Shown in pieces: positions 1 to 9,801 of a stretch of 64,000 bases of DNA; the stretch's first letter is position 1; each line of letters starts with the position of its first letter. Origin of the DNA: a virus; IMG/VR virus record IMGVR_UViG_3300030390_001550, positions 26,232 through 90,231 of that record. One strand, given 5' to 3'. Made by a program: the position numbers and the translations under genes. The notes below the pieces were generated by a model. That model saw only the letters and a program-made list of their open reading frames with translations. It ran no database searches and was not told the DNA's origin.

Positions 1-2
1 GG

Positions 3-356
3 GATGCTATAAAATATGTTAAAAAATTACATGAAGAACATGGTTACGTTTTTCATATGATAACGTCATTATCTAAAAATCCTTGGGCTGGAAAGTTAAG
101 AGTTGAAAATACTGAAAGACTCTTTGGTAAAAGTGCTTTTGAAAAATACATCTTTCTTGATGTTGGTGATGATAAGGGTGAGGAACTTTGTAAATATAAT
201 GATAGTGGACTTCTTTGGATTGAAGATAAAAGCGAAAATGCTATTGATGGTGCCGCCGCTGGTTTAGACTCTGTTCTTATCGCGCATGATCATAATAAAG
301 AATCTTTTATTCCCAGATACCATACTTGGAGAGAATTATATGAGGTCATTACATGA
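3..356 (+). CDS. 5'(3')-deoxyribonucleotidase-like HAD protein (5'-truncated by window)
   Basis: Frame open from window edge (DAIKYVKKLHEEHGYVFHMITS); WIEDK and HxHN...W motifs typical of phage NT5C-like proteins. Confidence 0.65.
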   Translation, partial: DAIKYVKKLHEEHGYVFHMITSLSKNPWAGKLRVENTERLFGKSAFEKYIFLDVGDDKGEELCKYNDSGLLWIEDKSENAIDGAAAGLDSVLIAHDHNKESFIPRYHTWRELYEVIT

Positions 357-565
357 AATCTATTGCTGAGTTACTTAGTTTAAGATATCAATACGAAAAT
401 TATATAGAAAATCTAGAAATTCCAAAAGATAAAAAAATTGGACATATAAATAACCTTGTATGGTTTAAAGATAATGGGCATGTTAAAAACCGATTTAGAA
501 AAGGTTATGATGAATCAATTCTTATTTGTAAGACCATATTAGATAATTACTATAAGAGAGAATAG
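353..565 (+). CDS. hypothetical protein
   Basis: 70-aa ORF with ATGA overlap to the previous gene. Confidence 0.6.
   Translation: MKSIAELLSLRYQYENYIENLEIPKDKKIGHINNLVWFKDNGHVKNRFRKGYDESILICKTILDNYYKRE
445..452 (+). promoter_or_regulatory. T4-type late promoter TATAAATA
   Basis: Exact motif ~120 nt upstream of fibre gene; lies inside a CDS in AT-rich DNA. Confidence 0.4.
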
Positions 566-573
566 ATTGTAAA

Positions 574-1905
574 ATGGCAAAAGCAAATTTTCCAGCAAGT
601 CCGACTAACGGTCAAACTGTTGTTATAGGTGGAATCACCTATATTTACAATAGCAGTAAAGGCATTTGGCGAGATCAGATTTCTAATATAGGTAATACTT
701 CAGATACTGCCCCAGCAAATGCTGTTGATGGTCAATTATGGTACAATTCTTCTAATGGTGCATTATATGTGTACTACGATGATGGTACATCAACTCAGTG
801 GGTTGGAGTTTCTGGTCCAGCAGGTGCAGCAGGTGCAGCAGGTGCCGCTGGTGCATCTTCTTCTCCAACCTCATATGCAAATCTTGCAGCATTCCCTAGT
901 TCTGGTAATACTGCTGGAAATTTCGGTTTTGCAACTGATACTAAAGCAGTTTATGTTTGGGATGGTACTGAATGGGACAGAATATACACTGATACAAATG
1001 CCGTACCAGAATGGACAACCGCACCGCCAACAACTGCAAATTTAGCTATAGATGGAACTGCAACAAATCAAACGGTTGTAGCAAGCGACCCAGAAGGATT
1101 TCCTATTGAATATTCATATGATACTAATCCATCAAATCAAGCGCAAGCAACTATTTCTCAATCTAGTAACGCTTTTACTATTACTCCATCTACAACAGAT
1201 TCAGATGCTGGAAGTTTCATTTTAAGATATAAAGCGAATGACGGTTTACATAGTACTTCTAAGTCTACAACATATACTTTAGAATTTACGACTCCTATGA
1301 ATGTTTCCACCTCTGGGTCTGGGTCAATGGATATCAATGCAAATTCAACAACAGGTGCGTTAGACATAACTTCTGGAGGTTCAACTGAAACTTCTGGAGT
1401 TGCTTATGTGCCGACAACAGGTTTGAAACTAGGAAAATATTATATAGAGATAGACATAACTTCTTCTTTGGGATCACCCAATAATGTTCTAATGTTCGGT
1501 ATAGGAGATTTAGCAATGGCACAGGCTGGGACTTTGGGTTACAATACTAGCGGTAATGTTCAGATTACGTTTTACGCAAATACTCCTAGATTTTACCCAC
1601 ACAGCGGAACCAATTCAAGTCTTAGTGCTATAGACGATGGCAGTCTACATACTCTAATGTGGGCATATGACACTACCGCTGAAAGGGTATGGTTTGGGGT
1701 TGATGGTACTTGGGACACTTCCACAAACACAGGCGGCGCGCCAGGCACTGGAGCGGGCATAGATATATCTGGAGTCAATTTTACTACTGGACTTGCCTTC
1801 ACTTTTGGTTCTGCTAATTCTAATGGTGTTGCCACTGCACAATTCGTATCTGGGTCAGGACAAACTTTAAGTTACACTGTTCCAACTGGCTTTCAGGCGT
1901 ATTAA
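574..1905 (+). CDS. virion fibre/decoration protein with C-terminal SPRY/ConA-like domain
   Basis: NFPASPTNGQ N-terminus, GQLWYNS repeat, short G-X-Y stretch, Ig-like DPEGFPIEY module, KYYIEID...VWFGVDGTW...YTVPTGF C-terminus; Ser/Thr/Gly rich. Confidence 0.7.
   Translation: MAKANFPASPTNGQTVVIGGITYIYNSSKGIWRDQISNIGNTSDTAPANAVDGQLWYNSSNGALYVYYDDGTSTQWVGVSGPAGAAGAAGAAGASSSPTSYANLAAFPSSGNTAGNFGFATDTKAVYVWDGTEWDRIYTDTNAVPEWTTAPPTTANLAIDGTATNQTVVASDPEGFPIEYSYDTNPSNQAQATISQSSNAFTITPSTTDSDAGSFILRYKANDGLHSTSKSTTYTLEFTTPMNVSTSGSGSMDINANSTTGALDITSGGSTETSGVAYVPTTGLKLGKYYIEIDITSSLGSPNNVLMFGIGDLAMAQAGTLGYNTSGNVQITFYANTPRFYPHSGTNSSLSAIDDGSLHTLMWAYDTTAERVWFGVDGTWDTSTNTGGAPGTGAGIDISGVNFTTGLAFTFGSANSNGVATAQFVSGSGQTLSYTVPTGFQAY
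814..855 (+). repeat. 9-bp tandem repeat encoding collagen-like GPA-GAA-GAA-GAA-GA
   Basis: ggtccagca ggtgcagca ggtgcagca ggtgccgct ggtgca. Confidence 0.8.
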
Positions 1906-1919
1906 AGGATAAATAAAAC

Positions 1920-3179
1920 ATGGCAATAAACTTTCCAGATAGTCCAACACATAATCAAAGTGCAACACTAGCAGGAAAATCATTCACCTATGATTCAGAT
2001 GTATCTGGATGGAATGTCAGTTCTTCTGCTAATTCTACTCTTGATAGCGCAGATGTTACTAATATAGTTGATAGTGATTATGTATCACTAAGGTCAAGTA
2101 GTGGGGGTGGAGTCACTGTGTATGCCAATCTTGCTGCATTTCCTTCAAGTGGAAATACTGCTGGTGATCTTGGTTTCGCGACTAATACCAAAGCATCATA
2201 TATGTGGGATGGTGTTGCATGGCAGAGAATGTCCATAGGAACTCAAATTGGCCCTAGATTTACCACAACACCAGCAGCATCTCTTTCTTTGAATGCTGAT
2301 GGTACAACATCAACTATTACTGCTGTTGCAACTGATGAATCTGGATTCCCAGTGACTTATGATTGGGATGCGTATAGTGGATCAACCCTATATAATGCTG
2401 ATAGTTTACCATCACAAGTCACTGCATTGTCTCAATCTAACGGCGTTTTTACTCTTACACCATCTACAGCAGAGGCAAACGCTGGAGATTTTTCTTTTAG
2501 AGTAAAGGCTTCCGATGGAGTTTTAGCAACTCCTATAACATCGTTAATATCCTTGGCATTTAGTCTGACCATTACTATTGCAGCACGACAAACTAGAGGT
2601 TCCAATTATGTTGAACCAACATCTACTGGTGTTACTCAATTTAATTATGCCTCCGCTGCTTCTGGTTCTAATTATAATTATTTTCCAGAAGGTGCTACTG
2701 AAGCCGCAGCAAGTTGGCCTACTGGTAAGAGATATATTGAAGCAAAATGGACATCAACAGATGGTTCTTTTGGATCATTTATGCTTGGAGTAGGAGAACG
2801 AACTGCTTCTCACAACAATGCTTCTACTGGTGGATACACTACTTCAGGTACAACTTCAGCGTATGCATATACAGACACTGGTGGCAATTATATCGCTGCT
2901 GGAAACAACCAAACCAGCGGTCTTGGCGCATATGTATTGAATGATGTATTTACAATTGCATACGATACTGATGCAGAAAAGATATGGATTGGTAAAAATG
3001 GCACTTGGGGGTCGGGTTGTGGAGATCCAGGTGCTGGCGGTGCTGGATTTCCTTTATCATATGCTAATGAAGGATATGCTTTTGTCGTGGCCTCGGTGTC
3101 AAATAATGGCGGCAACGATTTTACACTTACTTGGGGTGGGTCTGATTATACCATACCAACTGGATTTACTAAATTTTAA
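1920..3179 (+). CDS. paralogous virion fibre/decoration protein with SPRY/ConA-like domain
   Basis: Shares YANLAAFPSSGNTAG.GFAT.TKA.Y.WDG, DxxGFP and YT.PTGF motifs with 574-1905. Confidence 0.7.
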   Translation: MAINFPDSPTHNQSATLAGKSFTYDSDVSGWNVSSSANSTLDSADVTNIVDSDYVSLRSSSGGGVTVYANLAAFPSSGNTAGDLGFATNTKASYMWDGVAWQRMSIGTQIGPRFTTTPAASLSLNADGTTSTITAVATDESGFPVTYDWDAYSGSTLYNADSLPSQVTALSQSNGVFTLTPSTAEANAGDFSFRVKASDGVLATPITSLISLAFSLTITIAARQTRGSNYVEPTSTGVTQFNYASAASGSNYNYFPEGATEAAASWPTGKRYIEAKWTSTDGSFGSFMLGVGERTASHNNASTGGYTTSGTTSAYAYTDTGGNYIAAGNNQTSGLGAYVLNDVFTIAYDTDAEKIWIGKNGTWGSGCGDPGAGGAGFPLSYANEGYAFVVASVSNNGGNDFTLTWGGSDYTIPTGFTKF

Positions 3180-3237
3180 TTGTCACACTTAATTTTGTAC
3201 TATATACTAAGTAAATAAAATTCTTATGGAGAAAAAA

Positions 3238-3474
3238 ATGACTACTGAAAATGAACAAACGAATGAAATGCCAAAAGTTGACATTACACCAAACGATCTT
3301 ATGGTTATCAGACAAGTATTTGATGCATCAAGCCAAGCAGGAATTTTTAAAGCACAAGATTTAACCACTGTTGGTTTCGTGTATGATAAAGTACATGCTA
3401 TTGTTGAAGGTATCATTGCTGCCGCCAAAGCAGATGAAGAGAGCAACAGTTCTGAAGAATCAAAAGAAGAATAA
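3238..3474 (+). CDS. hypothetical protein
   Basis: ORF with GGAG RBS before ATG 3238. Confidence 0.6.
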   Translation: MTTENEQTNEMPKVDITPNDLMVIRQVFDASSQAGIFKAQDLTTVGFVYDKVHAIVEGIIAAAKADEESNSSEESKEE

Positions 3475-3510
3475 TTGAATTTTTTGTTATGATCAATCTA
3501 AGGAAAGAAC

Positions 3511-3864
3511 ATGGCAAATAAAAAACCAAAGCAACTTGAACATGAATCAAAGTATGAATACCTAGATAGGGACGGGGATGGAATCATCTCTGATGATGAA
3601 ATGGCAAATGAAAAAAGAATGATTGAACTAGAAGATTTACGTTCTGATATGGAAAATGAGGACAAGAAGCAAGATGCTCAAAGAGCAATGGCATGGTTCG
3701 CGCTTGCTGGAATGTTACTATATCCATTTGCTGTTGTCCTCGCTGCATGGGTAGGTCTTGAAAAAGCACCTAATATTCTTGGTGATATGGCCCCTACATA
3801 CTTTGTTTCTGTTGCTGCTATTGTTGCAGCATTTTATGCTAAAGAAGTTCTACACAAGAAATGA
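3511..3864 (+). CDS. small membrane protein with EF-hand-like loop (holin-like)
   Basis: DRDGDGIISDDE loop followed by two hydrophobic helices. Confidence 0.55.
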   Translation: MANKKPKQLEHESKYEYLDRDGDGIISDDEMANEKRMIELEDLRSDMENEDKKQDAQRAMAWFALAGMLLYPFAVVLAAWVGLEKAPNILGDMAPTYFVSVAAIVAAFYAKEVLHKK

Positions 3865-3986
3865 AAAATATTAACACGATCAGAGATGTGTGTTATAATT
3901 GTAAGTGTAAATCTCACTGCGAGAAAGAATGTAAGTCTTGCAGAAATGATGTTTGTATAAAATGCGAGTGTCCTCGCTGTAAATAA
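3861..3986 (+). CDS. 41-aa Cys-rich metallothionein-like peptide (not in ORF track)
   Basis: MKNINTIRDVCYNCKCKSHCEKECKSCRNDVCIKCECPRCK, 10 Cys; ATGA overlap with upstream stop; fills the gap. Confidence 0.6.
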   Translation: MKNINTIRDVCYNCKCKSHCEKECKSCRNDVCIKCECPRCK

Positions 3987-4000
3987 AATTGGAATGTATT

Positions 4001-4783
4001 ATGAAAAGACTTATATATCAAGTTTACGTTGGAAAGCGTTCAAAACTTTATGACCATTGTACACAGTCTGTGAAAGATTATTGTAAACGTCACAGCATAG
4101 ATTATGAAGTTCAAAGATCACCTATTCTTATGATTAAGCCTGATGTATTTTCTACAAACCGTAGTAAAGAATCGTATGAAAAGCATGGTGGCTATCTTCC
4201 AATATATGAAAAAGAAAATGCATTCACTTATCTTAGATCATACGATCAAGTAGCAATTATTGATGCTGATGTGTGGATTCGTCCAGACGCTCCAAATATC
4301 TTTGATGAACTACCTGAAGGTTATGATTTTGGTGCTGTTTGTGAAAGAGAAATGCCTATCAATAATCAGTATATGGCAAAAATTGCCAATTATTCTAGAA
4401 TGCAATACAGCACGATTAAATCTGTTGATTGGAAATGGAATAATAAAACAGGTGGTCAGTTTTTCAATATGGGCATCATGGTTATGAACAAATCAATTGA
4501 AAAGTACTTGAAAGGTGAAACTCCAGCACAATTTATTCGTAGACCAGAGTTCAAACCTTTTGTTGATGGTATGGGTGCTTGGAAATGGTCAACAGACCAA
4601 ACACTTCTCAATACTTGGATTAGAGAGGAAAAAATGGCAATCAAGCATTTAGATTGGAAATGGAATGGTTTGTTCACTGCTAACACTAAAATTAAAGAAT
4701 GTCACTTTGTGCATTTCTTCTTAAAAGATAAACTACCAAATCGTGGTGAGAATGTAGAAGAATTGAGAAAGGTTGTAGAATGA
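4001..4783 (+). CDS. GT-A glycosyltransferase (GT8/GT34-like)
   Basis: IIDAD DxD motif, FNMG, DQTLLN, FVHF. Confidence 0.8.
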   Translation: MKRLIYQVYVGKRSKLYDHCTQSVKDYCKRHSIDYEVQRSPILMIKPDVFSTNRSKESYEKHGGYLPIYEKENAFTYLRSYDQVAIIDADVWIRPDAPNIFDELPEGYDFGAVCEREMPINNQYMAKIANYSRMQYSTIKSVDWKWNNKTGGQFFNMGIMVMNKSIEKYLKGETPAQFIRRPEFKPFVDGMGAWKWSTDQTLLNTWIREEKMAIKHLDWKWNGLFTANTKIKECHFVHFFLKDKLPNRGENVEELRKVVE

Positions 4784-5475
4784 TACAAAAGTTTTTTATC
4801 CATATTCCGAAAAACGGTGGAATGAGTATTAGACGTAGCAATATTGCTAGACCTAAAGTAATGATTGCAGCACCACAAACTCACAAAACTGGCGAATACA
4901 CCCAAGCGGTTAGAAATAAAATGCAATCGCTTGGTGAGCATGATGGTTTTGAACACGCTAGATGGAAAGATATTAGCAAGGGTTTACAAGACAAAATGCA
5001 GTTTTTTGCGATTGTAAGAAATCCTTGGGACAGAGTTGTTTCTCGTTACTTTTTTGCTAAAAAGGTTATTTACCTTGAAGAAAATTCAGATCATTATGGT
5101 GAGACTGAATATTCAGATTGCTCATCATTTGAGGCTTTTCTTGAGGAAAGGCATAAATGGGGTGGACATGAATACATGTGGCACAGAGCCATTCGTGGTT
5201 GGTATCCAGCAAAAGATTATGTAACTTGTGATAAAGGTATTATGCGTTGTGATATTTTACGACTTGAGCATTTAGATGAAGAGATATGTAAATATTTAAA
5301 TTTGCCATTTATGACAGGACCAAGAAATGTAACTGCTGTTAATGATAAGCGTTATCAAGACATATATACACCAGAGACGATTCAAATTGTTGCGGATTGG
5401 TATAAAAATGATATTGAGCAGTGGGGTTTTGATTTTGATACACCTGCACAAAAAAACTATTGGTGTGAAGATTAA
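4780..5475 (+). CDS. sulfotransferase (Sulfotransfer_2-like)
   Basis: FIHIPKNGGMS 5'-PSB motif and VRNPWDRVVSRY 3'-PB motif. Confidence 0.85.
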   Translation: MIQKFFIHIPKNGGMSIRRSNIARPKVMIAAPQTHKTGEYTQAVRNKMQSLGEHDGFEHARWKDISKGLQDKMQFFAIVRNPWDRVVSRYFFAKKVIYLEENSDHYGETEYSDCSSFEAFLEERHKWGGHEYMWHRAIRGWYPAKDYVTCDKGIMRCDILRLEHLDEEICKYLNLPFMTGPRNVTAVNDKRYQDIYTPETIQIVADWYKNDIEQWGFDFDTPAQKNYWCED

Positions 5476-5488
5476 TATTGAGAATTGA

Positions 5489-6184
5489 ATGAAAACTAAT
5501 ATAATATATAATTCTATATCAGAAAAATCATCTGAAAATGCTCTACTTTGTAGACAATCTTTTAATAATTTTAAAGGTTGGGATGTTGAAATATTTGATG
5601 GTTGTAATCCATTAAACTTACATAAATATCACAATAAATATAATTTGAAAACCACTGAGAGAACACTACATCAAGATAGACCATTAGTGAAAATACATTC
5701 AAAGAAATGTTGTTTTTATTCCCATTACGAGTTATGGAATAGATGTGCTGAATCTGGAAAAAATATGGTTATAGTTGAGCATGATACTGAGTGTGTATTA
5801 GACAACAATATACCAGAGTTTGACCCAAAAGAAAAACTTGCAATGCAATTAAGTACTGATACCATTTTATGGAATTGGCCTTGGTACAATACCGAAAAAA
5901 ATAAAGAAAAATATGAAAAAAATGGTAGTGGTGTGCATGAAATATTTTATTCACAACCCAATGGTGTAAAATGTATGTCTGGTAATACTGCATATTTAAT
6001 AACACCAGCGGCATGTGAGCATTTAATACAAGATTGTATTAAAAATGGATGGACGCAAAACGATTTGTTAATAAATACAAGCCAATTTCCATTATATTAC
6101 TATGCGCCTTCACCAATCGCATATATAAAGTCAAGAGAATTGAGATCATCTAGTGTGGGCGTAATAAAGGATTTTATTAAATGA
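5489..6184 (+). CDS. glycosyltransferase family 25-like
   Basis: CFYSHYELW, IVEHD, GNTAYLITP...D motifs. Confidence 0.75.
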   Translation: MKTNIIYNSISEKSSENALLCRQSFNNFKGWDVEIFDGCNPLNLHKYHNKYNLKTTERTLHQDRPLVKIHSKKCCFYSHYELWNRCAESGKNMVIVEHDTECVLDNNIPEFDPKEKLAMQLSTDTILWNWPWYNTEKNKEKYEKNGSGVHEIFYSQPNGVKCMSGNTAYLITPAACEHLIQDCIKNGWTQNDLLINTSQFPLYYYAPSPIAYIKSRELRSSSVGVIKDFIK

Positions 6185-6753
6185 TTAAAGCAGATTTGTT
6201 AGGAATAGATACTTTAGAAGAATGGTATAAATCTATTGTTAATCAACAAGAACAAGCGCATGGAGAACATTATTGTGCAATGCATAACGCTATTCAAGAG
6301 TGTTTGAGCGAAAGTAAGACATACAAAGAACTTGGTACAATGCAAGGTGGGACCGCCGCCGCTGCGTTGTTTTCTACACCTCATCCAATAAGAGTTGATT
6401 TGGTTGATATTAATATGAGTAGATTTAATCCCCACAAACATCTTTTTGATGATTGGTGTAGTAAAAATAATATTGAATTGAATGTTATGGAATGTGATTC
6501 AAGGCATCCTGATTGTGTTAGCGAAGTTGACGTTCTACTTATAGACTCAGTGCATTTAAGACCACATATGGAAAGTGAATTAAAGGCACACGCTAATACT
6601 GTGCAAAAATACATAGTATTTCATGATACAACAGCAAGACGCGATCTGGCACAAGGAATCGAAAAATTTTGTAGTAAGATTAACCCTTGGGTTTTACATG
6701 AAAAGTTTTTACCTAATGTTGGATACACCGTATTAAAAAGAGTTGGTGCGTAA
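6181..6753 (+). CDS. class I SAM methyltransferase (Methyltransf_24-like)
   Basis: ELGTMQG, LVDI, LIDSVH, IVFHDT. Confidence 0.7.
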   Translation: MIKADLLGIDTLEEWYKSIVNQQEQAHGEHYCAMHNAIQECLSESKTYKELGTMQGGTAAAALFSTPHPIRVDLVDINMSRFNPHKHLFDDWCSKNNIELNVMECDSRHPDCVSEVDVLLIDSVHLRPHMESELKAHANTVQKYIVFHDTTARRDLAQGIEKFCSKINPWVLHEKFLPNVGYTVLKRVGA

Positions 6754-6775
6754 TGATAATTGCAGAAAAATGTAA

Positions 6776-7741
6776 ATGAGTAAAATTTTTATTACAGGTA
6801 TAGCTGGATTTATCGGTTACCATCTTGCAAGAAAGCTATTCTCCCAAGGACATGACGTTTCGGGATTAGACAGCTTTAATGATTATTATGATCCATCACT
6901 AAAGAGGATCAGAGCATCTAAATTGTCTGATTTGGGAATAGAAGTATTTGAATGCAATCTAACCTCTGATGCGTTCAAATTTTATAAAAATGCACATAGG
7001 CTTACTATACCTCAACCGTCTTTAGACGGTGTTGAAACCGTCATACATCTTGCGGCATATGCTGGTGTTAGACACTCAATGTTAGACCCGCATCTTTATA
7101 TCCAGAATAACATTATCGCATCACAAAACTTAATTGACAGGTGTGAGAAAGACGGCGTAAATAGAATTTTATATGCGTCAACATCGTGCGTCATGGCGGG
7201 TAATCCACTGCCTTGGAAAGAGGATGTGAACTTAGGTCACCAATTAAATCCTTACGGCTTTACAAAAGCGACTACAGAATCTCAGTTCAAAACCAGCAAA
7301 ATTAAAAATACTACTGGACTTAGATTTTTTACTGTATATGGTCCTTGGGGTCGCCCCGACATGGCACTATTTGACTTTACTAAAAACATTATTGCGGGCA
7401 ATCCTATAAAGCTATTCAACAATGGAGATATGACTAGAGATTTTACTTATATTGATGATATTGTAAACGGAATCTTACTTCTTTTGACCGCTGATGGCAA
7501 AGAAATATATAACATTGGTCGCGGCGAAAAAGTTAAATTGCTAGATTTTGTTCATGAAATTGAAAATAACTTAAATATAAAAGCGATCAAAGAAATGGTG
7601 CCTATGCATCCAGCAGATACTCAAACTACATGGTCTGATACAACTAAAATAAAAAAACTAGGATATAATCCAAAAGTATCAATTGGTGAAGGAATAGAAA
7701 ATTTCGTAAATTGGTACAAATTTTATTATAAAGTGAATTAA
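6776..7741 (+). CDS. NAD-dependent epimerase, UDP-glucuronate 4-epimerase-like
   Basis: GIAGFIG, DYYDPSLK, HLAAYAGVRHS, YGFTK, RFFTVYGPWGRPDMA, RDFTYIDD. Confidence 0.9.
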   Translation: MSKIFITGIAGFIGYHLARKLFSQGHDVSGLDSFNDYYDPSLKRIRASKLSDLGIEVFECNLTSDAFKFYKNAHRLTIPQPSLDGVETVIHLAAYAGVRHSMLDPHLYIQNNIIASQNLIDRCEKDGVNRILYASTSCVMAGNPLPWKEDVNLGHQLNPYGFTKATTESQFKTSKIKNTTGLRFFTVYGPWGRPDMALFDFTKNIIAGNPIKLFNNGDMTRDFTYIDDIVNGILLLLTADGKEIYNIGRGEKVKLLDFVHEIENNLNIKAIKEMVPMHPADTQTTWSDTTKIKKLGYNPKVSIGEGIENFVNWYKFYYKVN

Positions 7742-7743
7742 AT

Positions 7744-8412
7744 ATGTCAAAAAATATAATACTCCAACATTGGGTTGGTAAATTAAGCGAATTAGAAAAA
7801 TCATCTATTGAAGATATGAAGTCTTATGCCGAATATTGTGGGGCTGAACATAGATTAATAGAGGGATATTTTTTAGATGGGCTGTGTCCACAAGGGCAAA
7901 AACTTCATATGTTAAATGAAGTTTTTGATGATTACGATATCGTAGTAATGTTAGACCCTGATATGTTTACAAACAAACTTAAAAAAACAAAAAATATATT
8001 CACAGAAGAAACTGGTATTGGTAGGTATTTTGGATTACAACCAAAAATTCATAAAAAAGTAGTAATGAAACATCCTATGTTGTCTAATATTAATAATGCA
8101 TTTTGGGGTGGTGCAATATATAGATTAGAAAGAGAAATGAGAAAAAAATTGCGACAGCATATAGTTATTGGTGAACTTTCTCAATTTAATAATGAGTTTT
8201 TTGATGAAGGAATGATGCACAGACTTGCTGTTAAAACGGATATTAAAAATGAATCCAAATATCATATTGATAGAGGTCAATGGGATTCTAGTAGTTATGA
8301 AAATAATAATAATTCTGAAATAATACATATTCGGCCTAGAAGATCATTAGGTGGCCCATGGACTCCAAAAATTCAAATATATAGAGAATTGAAGGAAAGG
8401 GGATTAATATGA
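7744..8412 (+). CDS. putative glycosyltransferase
   Basis: VMLDPD DxD motif, DEG, HI; island context. Confidence 0.6.
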   Translation: MSKNIILQHWVGKLSELEKSSIEDMKSYAEYCGAEHRLIEGYFLDGLCPQGQKLHMLNEVFDDYDIVVMLDPDMFTNKLKKTKNIFTEETGIGRYFGLQPKIHKKVVMKHPMLSNINNAFWGGAIYRLEREMRKKLRQHIVIGELSQFNNEFFDEGMMHRLAVKTDIKNESKYHIDRGQWDSSSYENNNNSEIIHIRPRRSLGGPWTPKIQIYRELKERGLI

Positions 8413-9104
8413 AGGCATATTGTATAACCCTAAAAGATGATGAACTAAGTGAAAATGGTTTTAACAAAGTATGGCAAAGTGCTAAAGAACTAAATTGTGA
8501 TTTCTATGTAGAGAGATTTGATGCTACAAATGAAAAAAATGCTAATAGACAGTTGCTTGATTGGGATTTATTTTGGAATTATCCATGGGAAGGTAAGGTT
8601 ACCGATATTGCAACAGGTCTTACTAAATCTGCATATCCTACAGCGATCAAAGAAAGAAGAATTGCTTGTGCTATAAGTCATTTTAGATTATGGACGAAAT
8701 GTTTTGAAATAAAAGAACCAATTCTTATATTGGAGCATGATGCCAAATTTGTTAAAAAATTAGATTATCAATATATTTTAGATTCAAAATATAAAGTAGT
8801 GGGGATAAATAATCCTATTGGTGCAACAAGACGCGCTAGGCAATATCATGATATTATTCAGCGAAACCATAATCCAATTCAAGGGATACCTCATATTGAC
8901 GAATGGAATATTCCTCAAGGTTTGGCGGGAAATTCTGCATATATTATTAAACCAGAGGGGGCCGAAAAACTCATATCAAATGTATTTAATTATGGGCTTT
9001 GGCCTAATGACGCTATTATGTGTAAACAATTAGTTGATGATATGGGGGTTACTAAAATTTTCTATACCGAAATTCAAGGTTTAAAATCAACAACAACTCA
9101 ATAG
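8409..9104 (+). CDS. glycosyltransferase family 25-like
   Basis: CAISHFRLW, ILEHDA, GNSAYIIKP, WPND. Confidence 0.8.
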   Translation: MKAYCITLKDDELSENGFNKVWQSAKELNCDFYVERFDATNEKNANRQLLDWDLFWNYPWEGKVTDIATGLTKSAYPTAIKERRIACAISHFRLWTKCFEIKEPILILEHDAKFVKKLDYQYILDSKYKVVGINNPIGATRRARQYHDIIQRNHNPIQGIPHIDEWNIPQGLAGNSAYIIKPEGAEKLISNVFNYGLWPNDAIMCKQLVDDMGVTKIFYTEIQGLKSTTTQ

Positions 9105-9114
9105 GTAAATTATA

Positions 9115-9777
9115 TTGAAAAAGATTGATATCTTTTATGCTGCTCTAAACGCAAAAAAATTTGAAAGATTAAATGATTTCTATTATTACTGTATAGATTA
9201 TGCTAATAATGGTCTTGCTTTAGATATAGGGTCTGATAATTTTTTAGGTCTAACAAAAAAGTTATTAGACAAACAGTGGGTTGGAGATATATGTGCATTT
9301 GATCTTCAAGATTTAAAAGAATATGATAATAAGATTGAGTTTTATAGTGGCGATGTTTTGGATACAATAACATCAGTTTTAGAAGATAAGAATAAAAAAA
9401 TCTCTATTTTGGAGATAGATTTAAGAGAACCTACAATTTCTTTAAATGAGGATTTAGATTTGAAAAGAAATAGGGTGAATGAAGTATTGACTTTATGTGA
9501 TGATTATTTGAATGATAATGTAGTGATTATAATAAATGAATTTATGAACGATGTGTGGGGCAGTATAAATCCAGATGGGTATTTTCTAGCAGATTTTTTT
9601 GAAAAAAATAATAAGTCTTATGAATGTCTGGGATATCTACCGTATTATCTAAGTTATAATGGTGAATTATTAGGTAACGAAGGTGCAACTGCTTGGGTTG
9701 TATCTGATAGTAAAAGTTTACAAGGAAACGATCTTAAAAATCTTATAAATCAATTATGGACACATAGTCCATTTTAA
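9115..9777 (+). CDS. methyltransferase-fold hypothetical protein
   Basis: LDIGS, AFD, GDVLDT, EID pattern resembling TylF-like fold; degenerate. Confidence 0.4.
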   Translation: MKKIDIFYAALNAKKFERLNDFYYYCIDYANNGLALDIGSDNFLGLTKKLLDKQWVGDICAFDLQDLKEYDNKIEFYSGDVLDTITSVLEDKNKKISILEIDLREPTISLNEDLDLKRNRVNEVLTLCDDYLNDNVVIIINEFMNDVWGSINPDGYFLADFFEKNNKSYECLGYLPYYLSYNGELLGNEGATAWVVSDSKSLQGNDLKNLINQLWTHSPF

Positions 9778-9801
9778 ACAACCAAGAAAGGTTAAAAACA
9801 A

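Noticed and set aside
814-855. 9-bp repeat as phase-variable or DGR target
   Set aside because: In-frame G-X-Y collagen-like linker; no reverse transcriptase or template repeat in the window
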